Source: Candidatus Atelocyanobacterium thalassae
GTDB taxonomy: Bacteria; Cyanobacteriota; Cyanobacteriia; Cyanobacteriales; Microcystaceae
Length of the DNA: 64,000 nt
Assembly: GCA_051971635.1 (NCBI GenBank)
Contig: JBFPLN010000001.1
Span: 297,972-361,971 of the forward strand
Reading direction: 5' to 3'
Made by a program: the position numbers and the translations under genes
Part shown: positions 31,540 to 44,009 of the stretch, in pieces
How positions within the stretch are numbered: the stretch's first letter is position 1
How the letters are laid out: every line of letters begins with the position of its first letter
Notes under the pieces: generated by a model
What the model saw: only the letters and a program-made list of their open reading frames with translations
Database searches by the model: none
What the model was told of the DNA's origin: nothing

Positions 31540-32916
31540 TTGTCGGATATTTTAACAACTCTTACAGATAGATCAAAAGAGAACTGGATAATAGGTCATA
31601 ATTCTGAAAATTTTTATCAAATTACTAAAATTTATATAGATAGGTTTATAACAATTAGGAAACATCAAAATAATCCTAAAATTATCCTAATTCAGAATCA
31701 AAATAATCATATTAATTTTCTATCTGCATTTTTGGCAGCAATTATTACAAACTGTCATATATTTTTATGTAGTAAAGAATGGAAGGATAAAGAATGGACA
31801 GAAGTTCTAGATTTAATCGAACCACATCTTATACTAGGAAATAATTACTTCACTAATAATTATCTTAAGCATTCATGTAGTAAAGCTCATAATTTTTACT
31901 TTCCTAAAAGTAATTTAATTATGATTCCAACAGGTGGGACTTCAGGAAATATACGTTTTACAATTCATACATGGAATTCCTTATCTTGTTCAGTACATGG
32001 TTTTGCAGAATTTTTCGAGCTAGAAGAGATTAATACTTTTTGCATATTGCCTTTTTACCATGTTAGCGGCTTAATGCAATTTATCCGTTCTTTTCTAGTT
32101 GGAGGACAAATTATCATATATTCTTACAATGAACTAAAAAGTAATTTTATTCCTTGCCTCAGCAACAAAAAATTTTTTATTTCACTAGTCCCTACTCAAT
32201 TCAAATTTTTACTAACGAGTAATCTTTGTTTTTTACGTAAATTTGCAACTATATTATTAGGAGGAGGACCTTCTTGGGATTATTTGCTTAAAGAAGCTCG
32301 AAAGTATAGTCTTAATTTATCACTAACTTATGGTATGACTGAGACAGCATCTCAGATTGTTACTTTAAAACCTCAAGATTTCTTAAAAGGTAATAATAGT
32401 ATTGGACAGGTCTTGCCTCATGCGAAAGTTAAAATAAATGAACAAGAAAAAGTAATTCAAATTGAGGCAAACTCATTATTTTATGGATATTATCCCGACT
32501 ATATTCAACAGCAAATTTTTATTACTGATGATTTAGGATATTTTGATGATAATCAATATCTATATGTGATTGGAAGAAGTAGTCAAAAAATCATTACAGG
32601 TGGAGAAAATATTTTTCCATTAGAAGTTGAAAATACTATTTTAAAAACTGAATTAGTTCAAGATGTTTGTGTGTTAGGTATTAACGATATTTATTGGGGA
32701 GAAGTTTTAGTAGCAGTATACGTTCCTAAAAGAGATGATATTAATGTTGAAAATATTAAGTATTTGATTAAGTTAAATTTAAGTCCTTACAAGCAACCCA
32801 AGCATTGGATACGAATTAAATGCTTACCATATAATGAGCAGGGTAAACTAAATTATATAGTACTAAAAAAAATAGCTCAGAAGTATATTTCAAAAAAGAT
32901 AATGCAGGGACTTTAA
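31540..32916 (+). CDS. menE: 2-succinylbenzoate-CoA ligase
   Basis: 'TGGTSG', 'LPFYHVSGLMQ', 'YGMTETASQ', 'TDDLG', 'ITGGENIFP'; TTG start after AGGAG. Confidence 0.85.
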   Translation: MSDILTTLTDRSKENWIIGHNSENFYQITKIYIDRFITIRKHQNNPKIILIQNQNNHINFLSAFLAAIITNCHIFLCSKEWKDKEWTEVLDLIEPHLILGNNYFTNNYLKHSCSKAHNFYFPKSNLIMIPTGGTSGNIRFTIHTWNSLSCSVHGFAEFFELEEINTFCILPFYHVSGLMQFIRSFLVGGQIIIYSYNELKSNFIPCLSNKKFFISLVPTQFKFLLTSNLCFLRKFATILLGGGPSWDYLLKEARKYSLNLSLTYGMTETASQIVTLKPQDFLKGNNSIGQVLPHAKVKINEQEKVIQIEANSLFYGYYPDYIQQQIFITDDLGYFDDNQYLYVIGRSSQKIITGGENIFPLEVENTILKTELVQDVCVLGINDIYWGEVLVAVYVPKRDDINVENIKYLIKLNLSPYKQPKHWIRIKCLPYNEQGKLNYIVLKKIAQKYISKKIMQGL

Positions 32917-32934
32917 GAGTAGTTCCCTGCATTA
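32900..32934. terminator. Hairpin between convergent menE and petF
   Basis: TAATGCAGGGA (32900-32910) / TCCCTGCATTA (32924-32934); overlaps the menE stop. Confidence 0.65.
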
Positions 32935-32968
32935 ATTGATGCACTAACAATTTTAACTATGATTAAAA

Positions 32969-33268
32969 TTAATAAAGTGTTTCTTCTTGGTGAGTCATGA
33001 TGACACAATCAGATGTAGGATAGGCAACACAGGTAAGAACAAATCCAGCTTCTATTTGATCATCATCGAGGAAGGATTGATCGGATTGATCAACACTTCC
33101 TGAAATTAATTTACCGGCACAAGTAGAACAAGCACCTGCTCGACAAGAAAAAGGAATTTCTAAGCCTTCTTCTTCAGCTACATCTAGAATATACTCATCT
33201 TCTGGAACTTCCAGAGTAGAATTAATTCCTTCATCTTCATTAGTCAAAGTTACTTTATAAGTCGCCAT
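32969..33268 (-). CDS. petF: Plant-type [2Fe-2S] ferredoxin
   Basis: 'CRAGACSTC...DQSFLDDDQ...LTCVAYP' (PetF type, not FdxH); SD GAGGAG. Confidence 0.95.
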   Translation of the reverse strand: MATYKVTLTNEDEGINSTLEVPEDEYILDVAEEEGLEIPFSCRAGACSTCAGKLISGSVDQSDQSFLDDDQIEAGFVLTCVAYPTSDCVIMTHQEETLY

Positions 33269-33645
33269 GATTGTCTCCTCTTCTTAAGTGAAGAATATTT
33301 TATCTTGACAATAAAATTCAAATATATGAATTTTACTGATAAATATCTACTACCTTTGATACTAAGGGAAAAAACTCTTAAGTATAAGGAGGGATTAGTA
33401 ATGAGATTCTCAAATAAACTTCAAATAAGTTTTACTTATATTTTCTCTTAAGTAAAAAATCAATATTCTTCATATTCTATCAATATAAACATTATTTAAT
33501 TTTTAAGCAAAATAAAATATCTCACAAGCTTTATCTATAGTGAATATTAAAGATCAATTTTAATTTAGTAAAAATGGAAACTTATAAGGAACATTTCAGT
33601 ACTATTTTTCAGAATCTTTTGCTCTTTAAATTCAATAATTTTCTT

Positions 33646-36087
33646 TCAGTCTATTAGATTTGAAACTTTGCTAAAGGTTGTTTCTTGAAGTTGGTAATAA
33701 ATACTCCATATAGCCATGGCCCTCAAATAATGAGATGCCCTAAAAGTTCCCACTGGTGTAATTGCCTCTGGTGTTCGAAATTGAAGTCCATTTAAATATA
33801 TTTGGTCAACCACAACTTTCGTTAATTTTAAAGCCTTATCTTTCATTCCCATTTGTATTAAGAAAGCTGATAGTCCAAAGTTTATTCCTATCCAGACTTC
33901 TTGAGGATGAGTAGAATTAGGATTCTCTGGTGTACCGTCAGGTTTCACGCCATTAGCAGCCCCATACTTTCCATTATGGAAATTTAAAAAACAAGCTTCA
34001 TAAATTTTTGATAAAGCTAATGTTATATAGGAGGTCTCTACTACGTCAGGTAACTTTAACAGACGTGCATAAAATTGACCGCAAAGCTGATCTGTCATAA
34101 CTGTATCAGATCCACTTTTACTGTCTAATTGATAGTACTCTCCGTTCCATAAAGTTTGATGATAGATTGAACGAGCTTTCTTTAACCAATCCTCATATTT
34201 AGTAAGACATTCCTGTATAAGAACTAAGGGATTCTGTAACTCTAGATTAGGATCATTTTTAATATTTTCTAGCAAAATTTTTCCTATCTTGATTGCAGCT
34301 TCTAGAGCAGTAATCCATAAAGCTCCACAATAAGAACTAATTCCATATAATTCCCAATCATCAAAAGTTTGATCAGGTGCTCCTGAATTTTCTGGAATAC
34401 CGTCATTATCCAAATCAAATTTTTTAAGATAATCTAATGTTTCAACTATAGCTGGCCAACATTCCGATAAAAATTTGATATCTTGAGAATTTGTTAATAC
34501 AAAATCTCTATAGACTTGTAGAACAAAATCACTACCTAAATCTTTCCACAGATTACAATCTTGGTAGCTAGTATAGTTTGTTTCTTCCCAAGGATGTTCG
34601 TTTGGTGCACCTAAGTCATGTGGAACTGCACCTTTGACTTTCCTAATTGCAAGAGACTTATTGTACCCAATAAGTCTTAAAGTATCATCACTTTTAAAGA
34701 TTGATTTTGCGAATGTTTTAATAACTGCTTTTTCTAAGCACGGCCATAACATTAGTAATCCAAACGATCCATATAATCTGACATCTAAACTTTCATACCA
34801 GCGATAATCTATACACTCTAGAACCCCAAACTTGCCAACTGGATAGTCTTCAGAGGCTGTTGTCCAAAGAGTTCCACCGTCAGTTAGCAGATATAACTCG
34901 TTTAATAAAGACATCTTAAACCAATCTGGTAAGTCTTTGTTTTTTAAAATAGGCAATTGATACTTAAGAATTTGTTCTCGCCATATATTTAAAGATCTTA
35001 ATCCAGTTTCTGCTATTGTCCATGCATTTTTACCATCACGGCCAAAGAAATCAGTGTAACGCCTATAGTACTTATTTCCTAAAGAGAATTCTGTTATTGG
35101 TAAATCCCAGGCTATGATGAAAGGTATTTTTTTAGATTCTCCAGGCTTAAGAGTAAATTTAACTGCCATAGCAACAGCACTTTGCTCATCTGACTCAGCT
35201 ATAGTTTCGTCTAATGTATTTGGCAATGTTCCATTCATAGAAAAGTGATCCCAAATTTCAGAACCATTTCCAGAAGGATTCCACTTGCCTAGATAAAAAA
35301 AATCCAGATCAGAATTATTAGTAGTGGTAAGACAAAATTGTCCCTCGCCTTCACTGATAGAGTTATTTAAATGCAAACGATCTAGAACAAAACCAACTTG
35401 AAAAGCGTTCTGTTTCCACTTATTAAAGTTTCCTTTACTAAGACCCCATTTTGATAAATATTCATATTCAGGACTACCATCATCTCTAACTTTAACTTTT
35501 GGAGTCTTAATTGAATTTGTAAACCATCCTATTATATTCTGCCAAGTTAACATAATACTTAAAGTAACGGAATGATTAGTAGGATTGAATACGTCCCACT
35601 CAAAAATACCTATAGGATAGCTAGTCTCTTGATAATTATTGGGGATTATAGGAGAAAATTGTTCACAGGTTATCTCTGCTTTAAATACTCCTTCATACTT
35701 ATACCAACTACGAGGATACAGTGCATGATAAGTACCTTTATTCTTTGGATACCAATTCCATCTAGAAAGGGTTCCATCTTCCGGCCTCTCTGTTGATAGT
35801 GCATAAGTTTTAGGTTCCTCATCTTCTGACTTCTCAAAAATACTAAATTGACAAGATGAAATAGTCTTAAAGATATGTTCTCCACCATCTAAATGCCATA
35901 AGTTAAAATCTCCAGCAGAAGAACGTCCAATACAACCTGCCCCAAAACCTCCTAATGGCATTCCATGCCAAGGACCATCGTCTAAGTTGCTATCATATCT
36001 CACAGTATACGGATTATCCCAATCTTGGCCAATAGAACGTTGCCAAGTACAGGAAGGAATATGGTTATCAGAAGATGAGGTTTCCAT
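33646..36087 (-). CDS. GH116 glycoside hydrolase (GBA2-like beta-glucosidase/glucosylceramidase)
   Basis: 'GMPLGGFGAG', 'YESLDV', 'PHDLG', 'DQTFDDW', 'FRTPEA', 'YLRAMAIW'. Confidence 0.9.
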   Translation of the reverse strand: METSSSDNHIPSCTWQRSIGQDWDNPYTVRYDSNLDDGPWHGMPLGGFGAGCIGRSSAGDFNLWHLDGGEHIFKTISSCQFSIFEKSEDEEPKTYALSTERPEDGTLSRWNWYPKNKGTYHALYPRSWYKYEGVFKAEITCEQFSPIIPNNYQETSYPIGIFEWDVFNPTNHSVTLSIMLTWQNIIGWFTNSIKTPKVKVRDDGSPEYEYLSKWGLSKGNFNKWKQNAFQVGFVLDRLHLNNSISEGEGQFCLTTTNNSDLDFFYLGKWNPSGNGSEIWDHFSMNGTLPNTLDETIAESDEQSAVAMAVKFTLKPGESKKIPFIIAWDLPITEFSLGNKYYRRYTDFFGRDGKNAWTIAETGLRSLNIWREQILKYQLPILKNKDLPDWFKMSLLNELYLLTDGGTLWTTASEDYPVGKFGVLECIDYRWYESLDVRLYGSFGLLMLWPCLEKAVIKTFAKSIFKSDDTLRLIGYNKSLAIRKVKGAVPHDLGAPNEHPWEETNYTSYQDCNLWKDLGSDFVLQVYRDFVLTNSQDIKFLSECWPAIVETLDYLKKFDLDNDGIPENSGAPDQTFDDWELYGISSYCGALWITALEAAIKIGKILLENIKNDPNLELQNPLVLIQECLTKYEDWLKKARSIYHQTLWNGEYYQLDSKSGSDTVMTDQLCGQFYARLLKLPDVVETSYITLALSKIYEACFLNFHNGKYGAANGVKPDGTPENPNSTHPQEVWIGINFGLSAFLIQMGMKDKALKLTKVVVDQIYLNGLQFRTPEAITPVGTFRASHYLRAMAIWSIYYQLQETTFSKVSNLID

Positions 36088-36268
36088 AAAATTACATGAT
36101 GAAAATATTAAATTAAGATTATTTTAAACTTTAAAAAAATACAAAGACTATATCTAAACCTATTGATATTTTATCGCTTACATTAGAACTAATTCGTATC
36201 ATAACTATTGAATTTATTTAAAAGTTACATAAAATCACCATAAATAGTTAAATTAATCGATTAGTAAC

Positions 36269-37405
<1,137 letters not shown>

Positions 37406-37546
37406 CTAATGAATAACATAAGCGTTATTCATTGACCAAATAATTAACACGCTTATAAAACCAAGTACAAGGACGGCTGAAATAGCTACAACAATAGGTC
37501 TATCAGCCCCATCGAATTTCATAAGGCCGCGATTTAAGTCTGACAT
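37406..37546 (-). CDS. ndhQ: Photosynthetic NDH-1L small subunit NdhQ (46 aa)
   Basis: Hand translation MSDLNRGLMKFDGADRPIVVAISAVLVLGFISVLIIWSMNNAYVIH; matches the NdhQ pattern 'DxNRGIMKFDGAD-P...ISAVL-LGFI..LIWW...AY' as recalled; SD GAAGG. Not in the ORF track. Confidence 0.85.
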   Translation of the reverse strand: MSDLNRGLMKFDGADRPIVVAISAVLVLGFISVLIIWSMNNAYVIH

Positions 37547-38035
37547 ATAGATTAACCTTCTAATAATTAATATAAAGTAACTAGTAATTAATATAAACTA
37601 AATTAACACGTATTAGCGGTGTAGGTTAAATATACTTTAACTATCGAAAAGAATTAAAGAATGCTGATATTGATATATCTTTTACTTATCAATATTGCGG
37701 TACGAACAAAAAATATGAGAAGGTTACTAGATTTAAAGACTAAGAAATTAATTTCTCATATCAACATGTGTGAATAGTTGAAAATGCAAGAAATCTTACT
37801 AACTTTGATGTTTTAAAAAACACTATTGGATGATTTTTTTAAACTTTAACCATATTTTTTAAAGCTTAAACATTTTACGAAAATAATTAATTTATTTTTA
37901 TAAGGCTTCAGATTAGTGTTGAGAAATACTAGAAGTTTAACTATTTTATTTAATCTGGTTACAATTATTCTTTGTCAGCAAAAACCTTTATCAAAAATAT
38001 TTTTGGTTAAAGGTATTGCTAACATATTAATCAAA

Positions 38036-38212
38036 TTACTCTTCTTCTTCAGTTTCTTCATCTTTGGGGTAGATAAAGCTATTAGAACGTCCTGAAAGTA
38101 CTGATTTCCCTAAAGATAATGCTTTAGCAGCTTGCATGGCTGCAGTACGTTTCCAGTGTGCTTTACGATGGTCTCGTTTAGAATTAGAAGTTTTTTTCTT
38201 GGGGACTGCCAT
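38036..38212 (-). CDS. rpmF: 50S ribosomal protein L32 (58 aa)
   Basis: Hand translation [58 protein letters not shown]. Not in the ORF track. Confidence 0.96.
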   Translation of the reverse strand: MAVPKKKTSNSKRDHRKAHWKRTAAMQAAKALSLGKSVLSGRSNSFIYPKDEETEEEE

Positions 38213-38572
38213 TAGATTTGACTATAAATTAGTAAACAGCTTATTTATCTTACTGTACATTAAAGTTTATTAGCCACTTTGACAATCAATTAGGTAAAAA
38301 TCTTCCTGGTAAATTACAATGTAAAAGCCCTAAAAAATTATCCGGTTAGTCTATAGTCTAAATGATGCAATAAATAATTATCCAGTTAAATACAGTTTCA
38401 ATAGCTATTTAACGGAAATATTAAAAATTAATAGAGACTATATTGTATGGAAATTTTTTATTTAAATCTTGACTAGATGTTGACTATATAGACAAGAATT
38501 TAACTTATAAGTATTTTATGTAAAGTACTTATAAATAATATAATAATGCTAAAAAAGATAAATATATTTATA

Positions 38573-40213
38573 CTATTTGATTGAATATTCTGATGATTCA
38601 TAAGGTTTTAATAAAGATTCTGCTTGATAAAAATAAAAAGTCTCAACAACTACTCCTCCTCTTCGTATATCAACTTTACCAATTTCACTCATCTTTTTAA
38701 AAAAAGAACGAAATTCATTAGTCAAATCAGGCATCTCATGAAATCGTTCTAATGTAACGTAAAGAGCATCTTTCTTTACTAATTGATTCATATCTGTCCA
38801 AAAAATAAAGCCTCTTCTATCATAACTGAAGCAAGTGACAGGAATAGAATATATAGGTTTTAAAGCAAGGTCAATCAATCCGCTTAAATAATAAGCGTTT
38901 GTAAATATGAAATCAGCATTTTGTAAAGCACTTAACAATACAGGTGAATCAGAAACACCTTGTCTTAGTTGTTTGATATTGATAAGTTCTGTAGAAGGAT
39001 CAGTCTTTGAATTCAAAAATCCTCCTAAAATACTATATCTACTCTCTTGCAAGAGAAATCCCGTATTTATATGGGCTAATATTAATAGTAGACAGCAGCT
39101 AATTGAAATTATGTTGATTTTTAACCATTTCTCTATTATTTTTTTTGAATTATTTTGCCATTTCTCAGCATAGAAACCCAGAAGCAATATAAGTCCCCAA
39201 AATCCAGGCATTGGCCAAGTTGCTAAAATTTGTTCTTTTCCTCCTAAAATATTTAGACTTAAAATTAGGGGTAGAGATACCCAAAGTATAAACAACTTTT
39301 TTTTCCATAAATACTTTTCATCTTCTGTTTCAGTTTTATTACTTATGAATGCAGATAGTTTGGTAAATATTGTTTTTATAGTTACCCACCATAAAGGAAT
39401 ACCGATAGTCGGAAACAATAGACCTATATTAGTTAAAAATATTATAAAAGCACTAGATATACTATAAGGTTTAGATACGGGCGAAAATCTTCCAAAAAGT
39501 TGGAATTTTAATGATATCCAGTCGTGTTGATAGTTCCAAAATATCAATGGAAACAACACTGTAACGAAAGAAATAAATCCCAATAAGCACCATTTAGAAA
39601 ATATAGCACGACGATAATCTTTACTACTTAGACAAAATGTAAATAGACAAAAACCTAATACAAAACCATGATATTTACTTAGGCATGTTAATCCAATTAA
39701 AATTCCTAAAATACTTAAACGATAGGTGGGGAGATAATTTATATTGTTCTTAGGGAAAAATTCACAGGTAGAACAGTATAGAGAGGCAGACCAAAAAAAT
39801 ATTAGAGGACTATCAGGTAATGTTATTGTTCCAAATCCAATTTGAAAAATTGGAATAACCGAAGCAAGAATTAAGGTTATTTTGGCTGCTCTCCAATTAA
39901 ACAATTTCATACTAGTCAAATATAGTAATGAAAGACTTCCTGTGTATAAAAGTAATGTTCCAACTCGAAGAGTCAACGGAGAAGCAATACCCGTAAGCCA
40001 AATACCAAAGCCAGTTGTTAAAGCTACAAAAACAGGATGATCGAAAAAGCTCCAATCCAAGTTTTGAGTATAGAGATAATAATATCCTTCGTCATAACCA
40101 GGAAATAACCAGAAAGCGATAATTGAACGAAAAAGTAACCCAAAAAGTAAAATATAAAAAATTGATAACTGATGGTTTGAAGAAATATTTTTTTTATACA
40201 AAATATAAATCAA
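38573..40213 (-). CDS. GT-C fold glycosyltransferase (family 39/ArnT-like)
   Basis: 'DEGYYY', 'FFDHP', 'PDSPL', 'SKY', 'WNYQHDW'; polytopic. Confidence 0.85.
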   Translation of the reverse strand: MIYILYKKNISSNHQLSIFYILLFGLLFRSIIAFWLFPGYDEGYYYLYTQNLDWSFFDHPVFVALTTGFGIWLTGIASPLTLRVGTLLLYTGSLSLLYLTSMKLFNWRAAKITLILASVIPIFQIGFGTITLPDSPLIFFWSASLYCSTCEFFPKNNINYLPTYRLSILGILIGLTCLSKYHGFVLGFCLFTFCLSSKDYRRAIFSKWCLLGFISFVTVLFPLIFWNYQHDWISLKFQLFGRFSPVSKPYSISSAFIIFLTNIGLLFPTIGIPLWWVTIKTIFTKLSAFISNKTETEDEKYLWKKKLFILWVSLPLILSLNILGGKEQILATWPMPGFWGLILLLGFYAEKWQNNSKKIIEKWLKINIISISCCLLLILAHINTGFLLQESRYSILGGFLNSKTDPSTELINIKQLRQGVSDSPVLLSALQNADFIFTNAYYLSGLIDLALKPIYSIPVTCFSYDRRGFIFWTDMNQLVKKDALYVTLERFHEMPDLTNEFRSFFKKMSEIGKVDIRRGGVVVETFYFYQAESLLKPYESSEYSIK

Positions 40214-40554
40214 TAAATATTTTATTAATTGTGTAGAGTAGATAGTGTAACATTCTTTATATTATTTCTGTAAACCCTCATTTACGAAAGTTTCTACGAG
40301 ACCATTATTAGTAGATAAAAGCATTATTAAAATAATTTCACGAATCAAATATTAGTTTCTTATTTAAGAATAGTATTTACTATTAAAAATATATTAAAAC
40401 TACAGTTTTATAAACCTTGTGAAATGATAGTTTTGGGTAAATCTTTAAGGCAGAGTCATAACTTCATTATAAAAAATGTTCTAATATCTTAGATTTTAGG
40501 AATGTTTTCCAGTACGATGGAATAGATATATCTATCTAGTTCAGGGAAAATATT

Positions 40555-40671
40555 ATGATTGAACCCTTACTTATGGGCATTGTACTAGGACTTATTCCAA
40601 TTACTTTATCTGGATTATTTGTCTCTGCATATTTACAATATAAACGTAGCAACCAACTTAACCTGGATTAA
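40555..40671 (+). CDS. petG: Cytochrome b6f subunit V (38 aa)
   Basis: Hand translation [38 protein letters not shown]. Not in the ORF track. Confidence 0.96.
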   Translation: MIEPLLMGIVLGLIPITLSGLFVSAYLQYKRSNQLNLD

Positions 40672-40693
40672 GGCTATACGTACATGATTAGAC

Positions 40694-40721
40694 GAGACCC
40701 TATTGTTAGTGATAGGGTCTC
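40694..40721 (+). terminator. Hairpin after petG
   Basis: GAGACCCTAT (40694-40703) / ATAGGGTCTC (40712-40721). Confidence 0.65.
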
Positions 40722-40785
40722 CAAAATTTTGATCATGTTCTACTGATTAGACTCAGGTTAAATATATAAATATAATGTCTACATA

Positions 40786-42264
40786 ATGTCTACCAAAAAT
40801 ACTTTTCAAAATTCAAATTCTCAGTCTATAAAATTGTTACCTAAGATCGGATTACTAACAATGTTCCGATTAGGTTTATTTCAAATGGGTTTAGGGATTA
40901 TGTCCTTACTAACTTTAGGTGTCATAAACCGAGTCATGATTGATGAGTTAAAAGTTATTCCTTGGGTTGCGGCCGTAGCGATTGCTATGTACCAATTTGT
41001 GAGTCCTGCAAAAATTTGGTTTGGACAGATGTCAGACGCAAAACCAATAAGAGGATATCATAGAACAATTTATATATGGATTGGAGCAGTTTTTTTTACA
41101 AGTCTTTCTTATGTAGCACTTCAAGTAACCTGGAAACTTGGTCAAAGTATACAAAATACAGGTTGGAGCTGGACAAGTGATGTATGGGCTATTGTTTTAG
41201 GGTTAGTTTTCGCTTGTTATGGGTTAGCTCTTAGCATGAGTTCAACTCCTTTCGCTGCATTGTTAGTTGATGTTTCTGATGATGATGACAGATCTCAATT
41301 GATAGGTATAGTATGGTCAATGTTGATGATAGGTATAGTAATTGGAGCAATTATAAGCTCACAACTACTAAATACTCCTGAAATCTGTGGACCTGAAATC
41401 ATGACATACGATCCAAATCAAGGTTCTAAGGTAGTTGATATAAATATTTTACGAAATACTGTTAATCCTGTTTTTATTTTAATGCCAATGATCGTTTTAG
41501 GACTTTCTTTTATATCTACATGGGGAATAGAATCAAATTATTCCAGATTTTCTACACGTTCAAATTATAAGAAAAGAGAAGATCAAATTACTTTAAAAGA
41601 GTCTTTAAAAGTTTTAACGGCAAGTCGCCAAACCTTCGTATTTTTCAGTTTTATCCTCATACTGACTCTTAGCTTATTTATGCAAGACACTGTCATGGAA
41701 CCTTATGGAGGTGAAGTGTTTGGAATGTGTATTTCTGAGACGACTAAGTTAAATGCTTTCTTTGGAATTGGTACTCTTTTTGGTATAGGATTAACAGGCT
41801 TTTTAATATTACCAAAATTAGGCAAGAAACAAACTACCAAAATAGGTTGTTTGTTTTCAATAATATGTTTCATCCTCATAATCTTTTCTGGTTTTATGGA
41901 AAGTAGAGATATGTTAAAAGTTGGACTACTTTTATTAGGATTAGCATCAGGAACAATAACAGCAGGAGCAACCAGCTTAATGTTAGATTTAACAGTTGCA
42001 GAAACTGCAGGTACTTTTATCGGAGCCTGGGGTTTGTCTCAAGCAATGGCTAGGGGCTTTTCAACCGTATTAGGAGGAGTTGTTTTGTATCTTGGAAAAT
42101 CAATATTTTCAGTTCCAGTTTTTTCTTATAGTCTCGTATTTTTAATGCAAAGTATAGGTATGTTGTTTGCTATCCATATCTTGAAATATGTCAGTATAAA
42201 AGAGTTTAAAAATGATGCAAAATCTGCAATTTCTGTTGTCATGGAAGGAGATCTAGAAAGTTAA
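40786..42264 (+). CDS. BCD family MFS transporter (PucC-like)
   Basis: 'RLGLFQMGLG', 'NRVMIDEL', 'MEPYGGEVFG', 'AGTFIGAWGLSQA'. Confidence 0.88.
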   Translation: MSTKNTFQNSNSQSIKLLPKIGLLTMFRLGLFQMGLGIMSLLTLGVINRVMIDELKVIPWVAAVAIAMYQFVSPAKIWFGQMSDAKPIRGYHRTIYIWIGAVFFTSLSYVALQVTWKLGQSIQNTGWSWTSDVWAIVLGLVFACYGLALSMSSTPFAALLVDVSDDDDRSQLIGIVWSMLMIGIVIGAIISSQLLNTPEICGPEIMTYDPNQGSKVVDINILRNTVNPVFILMPMIVLGLSFISTWGIESNYSRFSTRSNYKKREDQITLKESLKVLTASRQTFVFFSFILILTLSLFMQDTVMEPYGGEVFGMCISETTKLNAFFGIGTLFGIGLTGFLILPKLGKKQTTKIGCLFSIICFILIIFSGFMESRDMLKVGLLLLGLASGTITAGATSLMLDLTVAETAGTFIGAWGLSQAMARGFSTVLGGVVLYLGKSIFSVPVFSYSLVFLMQSIGMLFAIHILKYVSIKEFKNDAKSAISVVMEGDLES

Positions 42265-42708
42265 TCTGACATCTTAATTTACAATGTGATACATAGTAAA
42301 AAAATAATTATGAAAATCTTATTTTTACTTATAATTTGTTAAAAATTCATTTTAAATATAGAAAACTATCTATACTCTTTTATATTTTTTTAATGATCAA
42401 TAACATACTTAATAGTTTTTACGATTGAATTATTATTCAACTTAATTTTTCTTCAATTATTGGATAAATTCGAAAAGCATTCATTATAGTACTTTGAAAT
42501 AAGTAAAACTATTTTCGGAATATGAGATTTAAAAGCTTCTTTGGCAAAGTTATAATTTAGAACAAGGTGATTATTAACATTATGAATAAGTAAAAAACGA
42601 AGGATGTTAGCTTTAAAAATTTTAACTGTTGTAAATATAGTTATAGCCAAAAGTTTGTACTGTAAGATTAGAATTTTTCAATTTTGATATATGCAGTAGA
42701 ATTTATTT

Positions 42709-43947
42709 TTATCCTCCTATACCTATTTTGGCTGCTAATAAAGGATTTAGGGGTATCAATGCTAGTAACATTATTAACATTGATATTAAAGCCCATATTG
42801 CACGAATATCATCAGGTTCAGTTAGTTCGTTAAGACTTAATTCTTCGACATCTCTTTGTAAAAATAAAATAACCATAATCCAATATAAAGGTATGGGATT
42901 GGTAGGATTAAGTATAGTTACAATTCCCAATATTGTTAAAGTAATAATGCTAGATTTTTTTGCGGTTTCTCTTCCATAGATAGCCTGAATAATTCTTCCG
43001 CCATCTAGTTGACCCACAGGCATTAAATTTAATGCAGTAATTACTAATCCTATCCATCCAACGACAACTAAAGGATTAATAGCAATTATTGAATTGTTTA
43101 ACTGTTCACCTAAAATAACTTTTGCAAAAATACCAATCAAAATTGATTTTTGAAATGATTGAGTAGCTACCTGAAATAGGCTACCAGGATGGGATAAAGC
43201 CAATCCTGATATTAAAAATAGAATAGAAATAATGCCACCGAAAGCTGGCCCAGCAAAAGATATATCAAAAAGAGTTTTTCTATTTGGTATTAAAGATTGA
43301 AAACGTGTAATTGCTCCAAAAGAACTAATTTCCCAAATAGGTAAAAAGAATGGCCAAGTTAGTTTAATATCATAAAAATTAGCTACTAAAAGATGACCAA
43401 TTTCATGAAAAACTAAAATTATCCATAAAGCTAAAGTAATCGGAACTATTTCTTTATATCTATCCCAATTACTAAAAAGATCAAAACCAAGTAAAGCACT
43501 AGTTTTTTCTAAGCTAGTAACAATAGTCGCTATAAAAAGAACTATGGCTAGATTTTTTTGTAAAATAGTCATAGTTTTACGATCATCAATATTAGGAATT
43601 ATTATAACTATTGGCTTTTCCTCATCCCCTTCTACCAAGAATAAAGAGTATTTTTCATGAAAGTGTTCTTGTAATTTATTAGAAATAAATTTATGTGTTG
43701 TTTCAGGATCTCCCCTCAAATTTCCTTTAAAAAGTACACCATTTTTATATGGAATAGTTTCTGTTGAAAAAAAAGTATCAATGCTAAATATAGTTTCGAT
43801 AGTTTGTAGATCTTGGTCAAAAGTTGAAGGGATACTTTTCTCCTCAGTGTCTTTACTAATATTGGCCCGATTTTTTATTAAAATCACAAGTCCTATTATT
43901 GTCGAAAGAACAAAGAGGATTAATGCTTTGTCAGATAAAGTAAACAT
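42709..43947 (-). CDS. Site-2 protease (M50, EGY-like), second paralogue
   Basis: 'HEIGH', 'SFGAI', 'AGPAFGG', 'NLMPVGQLDGG'. Confidence 0.9.
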   Translation of the reverse strand: MFTLSDKALILFVLSTIIGLVILIKNRANISKDTEEKSIPSTFDQDLQTIETIFSIDTFFSTETIPYKNGVLFKGNLRGDPETTHKFISNKLQEHFHEKYSLFLVEGDEEKPIVIIIPNIDDRKTMTILQKNLAIVLFIATIVTSLEKTSALLGFDLFSNWDRYKEIVPITLALWIILVFHEIGHLLVANFYDIKLTWPFFLPIWEISSFGAITRFQSLIPNRKTLFDISFAGPAFGGIISILFLISGLALSHPGSLFQVATQSFQKSILIGIFAKVILGEQLNNSIIAINPLVVVGWIGLVITALNLMPVGQLDGGRIIQAIYGRETAKKSSIITLTILGIVTILNPTNPIPLYWIMVILFLQRDVEELSLNELTEPDDIRAIWALISMLIMLLALIPLNPLLAAKIGIGG

Positions 43948-44009
43948 GGTTTTTTATTCTTTTATAATTATTCTACTGAAAATAAAGAAAGTAATACATT
44001 TATCTTGTT

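Noticed and set aside
42453..42650. 65-aa intergenic ORF on the minus strand
   Set aside because: TTG start, low-complexity AT-driven composition, no SD or family motif.
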